Source of the DNA: Candidatus Saccharimonadota bacterium
GTDB lineage: Bacteria; Pseudomonadota; Gammaproteobacteria; Enterobacterales; Enterobacteriaceae
DNA: 32,000 bases
Reading direction: 5' to 3'
Assembly (NCBI RefSeq): GCF_004296475.1
Contig: NZ_AP018162.1
Span: 1 to 32,000, forward strand
Numbering within the stretch: position 1 is the first letter of the stretch; each line of letters starts with the position of its first letter. The notes beneath the pieces are model-generated. The model did not search any database and was not told the origin of the DNA. It saw nothing but the letters and a program-made list of their open reading frames with translations. The position numbers and the translations under genes were made by a program. Positions 26,636 through 32,000 of this stretch are shown piece by piece.

Positions 26636-29056
26636 ATGTTCTTAAAAAAAATATTTGATTTAATTTTTATTAAAAAGTATAGAAATATAAAAAATATTAT
26701 TAATTTAATAAATTCCAATGAAAAAATATTAAATAAATTAACAGATAAAGAATTAAAAAATAAAACTAATGAATTTAAAAATAGAATTAAAAATGGAGAA
26801 AATATATATAGTAATAAACTTATAAGTGATTCTTTTTCTGTAGTAAAAGAATCTAGTAAAAGAATTTTTGGAATTAAACATTTTGATGTTCAATTATTAG
26901 GAGGATTAATATTACATAATAATGCAATAGCAGAAATGTATACAGGTGAAGGTAAAACATTAACATCAACTTTGCCTGCATATTTAAATGCATTAGATGG
27001 GAATGGAGTTCATATAGTTACCGTAAATGAATATTTAGCTAAAAGAGATGCTGAATATAATAAATTATTATTTGATTTTCTTGGATTAAAAGTAGGTATA
27101 AATCTTTCAAATATGTCTATTTATGAAAAAAAAGATGCATATTATTCAGATATAACATATGGAACTAATTATGAATTTTGTTTTGATTATTTAAAAGATA
27201 ATTTAGTTTTAGATTTAAATGATAAAGTTCAAAGAAAATTGAATTACGCTATTATAGATGAAATAGATTCTATATTAATAGATGAAGCTAGAGTTCCATT
27301 AATAATATCTGAAAAAAATAAAATAGATGTTAGTATATATTTAAAAATAAATAATTTAGTTATAGAATTAATAAATATAAATAAATTAAATAATAATAAA
27401 TATTTTTTAATAAATTTTAAAGAAAAAATTGTAGATATTACAGATGATGGATTTATTTTAATAGAAAATTTATTAATAAAATATAAATTTATAAAATATG
27501 GTAATTTATTATATATTAATGAGAATTTAATTCTTATAGAATATATAATATCATCAATAAAATCATATAAATTTTTTAATAAAAATGTAGATTATATATT
27601 AAAAAACAAAAAAATTATATTAATAGATGAACATACTGGAAGATTATCTATTGGTAAAAGATTATCTAATAGTATACATCAATTTATAGAAGCTAAAGAA
27701 AATGTTGATATTTTATGTGAAAATAAAAATTTAGCATATATAACTTTTCAAAGTTATTTTAAATTATATAATAAAATATCAGGTATGACTGGAACAGCTA
27801 GTACTGAAAAAGATGAATTTAAATATATATATAATTTAGATATATTTAATATACCTACTAATAAACCTATAATAAGAAAAGATTTACCAGATTTATTTTT
27901 TGTAAATGAAAAAGATAAAATAAAAAAAATAATTAATGATGTTATTTTATGTATAAAAAATAATAGACCTGTTTTAATAGGAACCATTTCAATTGAAAAA
28001 TCAGAATTAATATCTAAATATTTAAATGAAAATAATATAAATCATCAAATTCTTAATGCAAAAAATCATAATTTAGAAGCAAAAATTATATCATTCGCAG
28101 GAAGGCCTGGTAGTGTAACAATAGCTACAAATATGGCTGGAAGAGGAACTAATATAGTTTTAGGAGGATGTTATTTAAATAAAGATGATATAGAAGAATG
28201 GAAAATAAATAATATTAAAGTTATAAATTCTGGAGGATTGCATATTATTGGAACTGAAAGACATGAATCTAGAAGAATAGATAATCAACTAATAGGAAGA
28301 TCTGGTAGACAGGGAGACCCTGGCTCGTCTAGATTTTATTTATCTTTAGAAGATAATTTAATTAAAAATATGTTACCTAATAATATTTTAGATATAATAA
28401 AAAATTTAAAATTAAATGATGATCTAAAAAATAATTCTATTTTATTATCAAAAATAATATCAAATATACAGAAAAAAATAGAAAAAAATAATTTCGAAAT
28501 TAGAAAACAAATTTTTATATATGATGATATATTCAATATACAAAGAAATACATTTTATTTTATAAGAAATAGTTTACTTAATAAAAATATTAATATAATA
28601 AATAATTTTATATTTGATTCAATAAAATATATAATTAATCTTTATAAGTTTAATAATATAAAAAATGAAATAGATGATTTAAAACTTTTTTTTAAAAAAA
28701 ATTTTAATATAGATATTATTATAAATGAAAATAATAAAAAATTAGATATAAAAGATAGTATTTTTGATTTTATAAAAAAAGAATTATTATTAATTGAAAA
28801 ATTAATAGATAAAAAAAAATTAGATAATATGAAAATATCTATATTTATAAATACGTTAGATTCTGTATGGACTGAACATATTAATTTTATAGATTTTATA
28901 AAAAAAGGTATATATTTAAGATCATATGCTAATAGAGATCCATTTGATGAATATAAAAATGATTCATTTGAAATGTTTGTATCAATGATAAAATTATGGA
29001 AATATAAAAGCACATTAATATTATATAAAACTATGAATTTAATTAATAATGAATAA
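26636..29056 (+). CDS. secA: Preprotein translocase ATPase SecA, lacking the C-terminal linker and zinc-binding tail
   Basis: The protein is collinear with E. coli SecA from 'MFLKKIFDLIF' (E. coli 'MLIKLLTKVFG'). It carries 'HFDVQLLGG', 'AEMYTGEGKTLTSTLPAYLNAL', 'DEIDSILIDEARVPLIIS' and 'GMTGTA'. It also has 'TIATNMAGRGTNIVLGG' and 'GGLHIIGTERHESRRIDNQL.GRSGRQGDPGSSRFYLS'. I prefer the ATG at 26636 to the TTG at 26621 offered by the ORF track. The protein ends about where the E. coli helical scaffold/wing region ends. Confidence 0.95.
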   Translation: MFLKKIFDLIFIKKYRNIKNIINLINSNEKILNKLTDKELKNKTNEFKNRIKNGENIYSNKLISDSFSVVKESSKRIFGIKHFDVQLLGGLILHNNAIAEMYTGEGKTLTSTLPAYLNALDGNGVHIVTVNEYLAKRDAEYNKLLFDFLGLKVGINLSNMSIYEKKDAYYSDITYGTNYEFCFDYLKDNLVLDLNDKVQRKLNYAIIDEIDSILIDEARVPLIISEKNKIDVSIYLKINNLVIELININKLNNNKYFLINFKEKIVDITDDGFILIENLLIKYKFIKYGNLLYINENLILIEYIISSIKSYKFFNKNVDYILKNKKIILIDEHTGRLSIGKRLSNSIHQFIEAKENVDILCENKNLAYITFQSYFKLYNKISGMTGTASTEKDEFKYIYNLDIFNIPTNKPIIRKDLPDLFFVNEKDKIKKIINDVILCIKNNRPVLIGTISIEKSELISKYLNENNINHQILNAKNHNLEAKIISFAGRPGSVTIATNMAGRGTNIVLGGCYLNKDDIEEWKINNIKVINSGGLHIIGTERHESRRIDNQLIGRSGRQGDPGSSRFYLSLEDNLIKNMLPNNILDIIKNLKLNDDLKNNSILLSKIISNIQKKIEKNNFEIRKQIFIYDDIFNIQRNTFYFIRNSLLNKNINIINNFIFDSIKYIINLYKFNNIKNEIDDLKLFFKKNFNIDIIINENNKKLDIKDSIFDFIKKELLLIEKLIDKKKLDNMKISIFINTLDSVWTEHINFIDFIKKGIYLRSYANRDPFDEYKNDSFEMFVSMIKLWKYKSTLILYKTMNLINNE

Positions 29057-30464
29057 TAAAAAACATATTTATATAATAAACAAATTATTTATTAATCTTA
29101 AAAAAATAAATAAAAATAATTTAAATTATTTATTTAATAATGACTATGATAGATTTAGTAAATTTTCTTTTTTAAAGAATGATATTTTAATAGATTATTC
29201 TAGAAATTTTTTAAATTTAGAAATATTAAAACTATTAATAAAATTATCTATTAATTTTAATATAGATAAATTTATAAAAAATGAAATAAATATAAAAAAT
29301 AATTTAATAATAAGTGATAAAGATATTTATAAATTTTTTATTAGTAATGATAAGATAAATATTTTTAGTAAGTTTTTAAGCAAAAAAAAAATAAATATTT
29401 TATTAAAATTAAAATATGAATATTCTTTATATGAAAAAAAAATTTTATTTTTAATAAATATATATGATGATAATTTATTTTTTTTTTATATAATAAAATT
29501 TTTAAATAAATATAAAAAGAAAAATTTAATTTTACTTAAAATTAATATTAATAATATAGATGTTATATTAAATAAATATGATATAAATTTAAATAATTCA
29601 TTATTTTTTGCATTTATAGAAAAAGATATTAATATAAATTACATATTAAAATTAAATAGTAAATTTAATTTTAATATATTAGATAATACTTTATTTTTTA
29701 TAAAAAATAAAAGTAATATAATTAATATTTTTTTAAAATATAAAATATATAATTTTAAATATATAGAAAATATTAAAAATAATATAAATTTTTATTTAAA
29801 TATTGGATTATTAATATCAATATATACTAATTTAAATGTTTTTTATGATCTTATATATGGAATTATATATTTTAGAAATTATATATATAATAATTTAAAT
29901 TCTAATATATCTTTTATATTAGGTATAATAGATATATGGAATGTGTTTTTTTTAAATAAAAAAAATAAATATATAGTATCAAATATAAAAAATAGTATTT
30001 TTTTTATTAAAAAATATAATTATAAAATAAAAAATAATAATTTTATAAAAAATAATTATTTTAATAAAAATTTATCATTTGATTATTTATTATATATAAA
30101 TAATATAAAAGATGAATATATATCTAAAATATTTTCTATTATAGAAAATATAACATTTTTTAATAATAAATATATAAAAAATACAAACTATTTTGATAAA
30201 TCATTAAATATTATAATAATAAAAAATATTAATCCTTTTAATATTGGTATATTAGATTCTATATATGAATTTAGAACAAAAATATATTTTTTTATTAAAA
30301 AAAAGATAGAAACAATATTAAATAATATTAATAATACTAATATATTAAATAAAGTATTAACTAAAAAAATAAATTCAGATTTAATAACAGAAAAACAAAT
30401 AGTCGAATATAACTCTTCTATGAACGGGATAATAAATTTTTATAAAAAATATAGAAATTTATAA
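29049..30464 (+). CDS. pgi: Glucose-6-phosphate isomerase homologue, highly degenerate with catalytic motifs not recognisable; function uncertain
   Basis: In this 471 aa ORF the N-terminal 'DRFSKFSFLKNDILIDYSRN' matches E. coli Pgi '[21 protein letters not shown]'. 'INPFNIGILDSIYEFRTKIYFFI' matches '[23 protein letters not shown]', and the C-terminal 'YNSSMNGIINFYKKYR' matches 'HDSSTNGLINRYKAWR'. The central GIGGSDLG, SKT..TTQET, GGRYS, NMESNGK and GTNGQHAFYQ motifs are replaced by N/I/K/F-rich sequence. The ORF is about 78 aa shorter than E. coli Pgi. Confidence 0.6.
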   Translation: MNNKKHIYIINKLFINLKKINKNNLNYLFNNDYDRFSKFSFLKNDILIDYSRNFLNLEILKLLIKLSINFNIDKFIKNEINIKNNLIISDKDIYKFFISNDKINIFSKFLSKKKINILLKLKYEYSLYEKKILFLINIYDDNLFFFYIIKFLNKYKKKNLILLKININNIDVILNKYDINLNNSLFFAFIEKDININYILKLNSKFNFNILDNTLFFIKNKSNIINIFLKYKIYNFKYIENIKNNINFYLNIGLLISIYTNLNVFYDLIYGIIYFRNYIYNNLNSNISFILGIIDIWNVFFLNKKNKYIVSNIKNSIFFIKKYNYKIKNNNFIKNNYFNKNLSFDYLLYINNIKDEYISKIFSIIENITFFNNKYIKNTNYFDKSLNIIIIKNINPFNIGILDSIYEFRTKIYFFIKKKIETILNNINNTNILNKVLTKKINSDLITEKQIVEYNSSMNGIINFYKKYRNL

Positions 30465-31028
30465 ATTATTTTTAACTTTTGATATATATTCTTTTTTTTC
30501 TATATTTACTCTTATAATATCTCCACTTTTTATAAAAAGTGGAGATTTTATCATTAAGTTATTTCCTAAATCAGATAATACATAATTATTATTTACACAA
30601 ATAATATTTATAACTTTAAAATTTATAATTTTAGGTATTATTATATTTATAAAAATTTTATTAAGAAAAATTAATTTATAATTAATTTTTTTAAATATAA
30701 AAATATATTTATTTTTTATTAAATTAATATCTATTTTTATATGAGATTCATCTTCACATGAAATAAAAAAAAAAATATTTTTAACTCTATATAGAAAAAA
30801 ACAACTTTTTTCTATAATATAAGCTTTTTTTATATTATCTTTAGATTTAAATACTTTATCTAAAATTTTATTAGAAATAATATTTTTAATTCTTATTCTG
30901 TTAAATGATAAACCTTTACCTGATTTTATAAATTCATTTTTTATAACTATAAAAGGTTCATCATTATATATTATCTTGTCTCCTATATTTAAATTATCTA
31001 TTAAAATATTTCTAATACTATTTTTCAT
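30459..31028 (-). CDS. efp: Elongation factor P
   Basis: In this 189 aa ORF 'DEPFIVIKNEFIKSGKGLSFNRIRIKN' aligns with E. coli '[27 protein letters not shown]', and the modified-lysine loop K-x-G-K-G is retained. The C-terminal 'IKSPLFIKSGDIIRVNIEKKEYISKVK' aligns with '[27 protein letters not shown]'. It lies directly downstream of groEL, as in Buchnera-type gene orders. Confidence 0.85.
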   Translation of the reverse strand: MKNSIRNILIDNLNIGDKIIYNDEPFIVIKNEFIKSGKGLSFNRIRIKNIISNKILDKVFKSKDNIKKAYIIEKSCFFLYRVKNIFFFISCEDESHIKIDINLIKNKYIFIFKKINYKLIFLNKIFINIIIPKIINFKVINIICVNNNYVLSDLGNNLMIKSPLFIKSGDIIRVNIEKKEYISKVKNNL

Positions 31029-31050
31029 TAGAAATTATATAAAAATTTTA

Positions 31051-32000
31051 TTAAATCATACCTCCTCCCATATTTTGAGGCATATTTGAATTATTTATGT
31101 CAGATGATTTATCATCTTTATTCATATCTGTTATCATACATTCTGTAGTTATCATTAATCCAGCAACTGATGCAGCATATTGTAAAGCTGATCTAGTAAC
31201 TTTAGTAGGATCTAATATACCCATATCTATCATATTTCCATATTTTTCAGTATATGCATTATATCCAAAATTACCTTTTTCCATTTTTATTTTATTTGCT
31301 ATTATTGATGGTTCTTCTCCAGTATTAGAAACTATTTGACGTAAAGGTGATTCCATAGCTTTTATTGCAATTTTTATACCAACATCTTGATCTTCATTAT
31401 CTCCTTTTAATGAACTAATACTATTAGAAACTCTAATTAATGCTACCCCTCCACCAGGAACAACTCCTTCTTCAACAGCAGCTCTGGTAGCATTTAATGC
31501 ATCTTCAACTCTAGATTTTTTTTCTTTCATTTCAACTTCAGTTGCAGCCCCAACTTTTATAACAGCAACTCCCCCAGCTAATTTAGCAATTCTTTCTTGT
31601 AATTTTTCTTTATCATAATCTGAAGTTGATTCCTCTTTTTGTTTATTTATCTGATTTATTCTTTTATCTATAGATAATTTATCTCCAAATCCATCTATTA
31701 TAGTTGTAGTATCTTTACTTATTATAACTTTTTTAGCTTGTCCTAAATCTTTTATATTTATTTTTTCTAACTCTATTCCTATTTCTTCAGATACTAATAT
31801 CCCCCCAGTTAATATTGCTATGTCTTGCATCATAGATTTTTTTCTATCTCCAAATCCAGGAGCTTTAACAGCAACAGTTCTAACTATCCCTCTCATATTA
31901 TTAACAACTAAAGTTGCTAACGCTTCTCCTTCAACATCTTCTGCTATTATTAATATAGATTTATTAGATTTTGCAACATTTTCTAGTATAGATATAATTT
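31051..32000 (-). CDS. groEL: Chaperonin GroEL (C-terminal ~316 codons; the 5' part lies beyond the window)
   Basis: Reading the minus strand by hand past the track's internal Met (31896) keeps the frame open to nt 32000. It gives '...[42 protein letters not shown]', matching E. coli '...[42 protein letters not shown]'. The protein ends in a G/M-rich tail, 'NMGGGMI'. Confidence 0.97.
   Translation of the reverse strand, partial: IISILENVAKSNKSILIIAEDVEGEALATLVVNNMRGIVRTVAVKAPGFGDRKKSMMQDIAILTGGILVSEEIGIELEKINIKDLGQAKKVIISKDTTTIIDGFGDKLSIDKRINQINKQKEESTSDYDKEKLQERIAKLAGGVAVIKVGAATEVEMKEKKSRVEDALNATRAAVEEGVVPGGGVALIRVSNSISSLKGDNEDQDVGIKIAIKAMESPLRQIVSNTGEEPSIIANKIKMEKGNFGYNAYTEKYGNMIDMGILDPTKVTRSALQYAASVAGLMITTECMITDMNKDDKSSDINNSNMPQNMGGGMI

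Noticed and set aside
31894-31896. The ORF track starts the groEL ORF at an internal Met (31896).
   Set aside because: Hand translation of the minus strand upstream (31897-32000) stays open. It reads ...[19 protein letters not shown]..., which is canonical GroEL, so the gene continues beyond the window edge.
1-32000. An alternative genetic code (UGA = Trp, translation table 4), as found in some extremely AT-rich symbionts.
   Set aside because: All conserved genes are full length under the standard code. Conserved Trp positions use TGG. The single TGA (murG, 22025-22027) sits where the protein should end; reading it as Trp would add only 4 codons before a TAA, so it is uninformative but consistent with a stop.
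1-32000. A novel defence, toxin-antitoxin, secretion, mobile-element or CRISPR locus, as hinted by the task.
   Set aside because: Every ORF longer than about 60 codons that is not antisense to a conserved gene is assignable to a core housekeeping family. Non-coding DNA totals only a few hundred nt, in pieces of 73 nt or less. No repeat arrays, integrase or transposase-like translations, or unassigned gene cassettes are present.

Overview
This window is an extremely AT-rich, almost spacer-free stretch of a heavily reduced bacterial endosymbiont chromosome; spacers run from 0 to 73 nt and several genes overlap. Gene order is gammaproteobacterial and Enterobacterales-like. I can support 27 protein-coding genes, all housekeeping, in four blocks.

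- dnaN-gyrB on the + strand.
- A minus-strand block, in transcription order: ftsK (N-terminal membrane domain only), lolA, serS, aroA, rpsA, prfB, lysS.
- A roughly 19 kb co-directional + strand array: infA-rsmH-ftsL-ftsI-murE-murF-mraY-murD-ftsW-murG-murC-ftsQ-ftsA-ftsZ-secA plus a degenerate pgi-like ORF.
- groEL then efp on the minus strand; groEL runs off the 3' edge of the window.

I see no rRNA, tRNA or ncRNA genes, no mobile elements, no CRISPR array and no defence or toxin-like locus. No spacer is long enough to hide one. I therefore do not think this window holds a novel multi-gene system.

The observations worth a second look are products of reductive evolution:
- FtsK is cut down to its 152-codon membrane module.
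- A 471-codon Pgi homologue stays open although its catalytic motifs appear erased.
- RF2 lacks both the programmed frameshift and the SPF 'peptide anticodon', in a window with 26 TAA stops, 1 TGA and 0 TAG.
- The dcw cluster has lost mraZ, ddlB, lpxC and secM and is fused with a 0-nt spacer to infA.
- Convergent genes end 2 nt apart at one junction and share a palindromic double stop at the other.
- Long A/T homopolymers sit inside essential genes.

All homology calls come from reading the supplied translations against family motifs and E. coli sequences recalled from memory. No search or computation was run.
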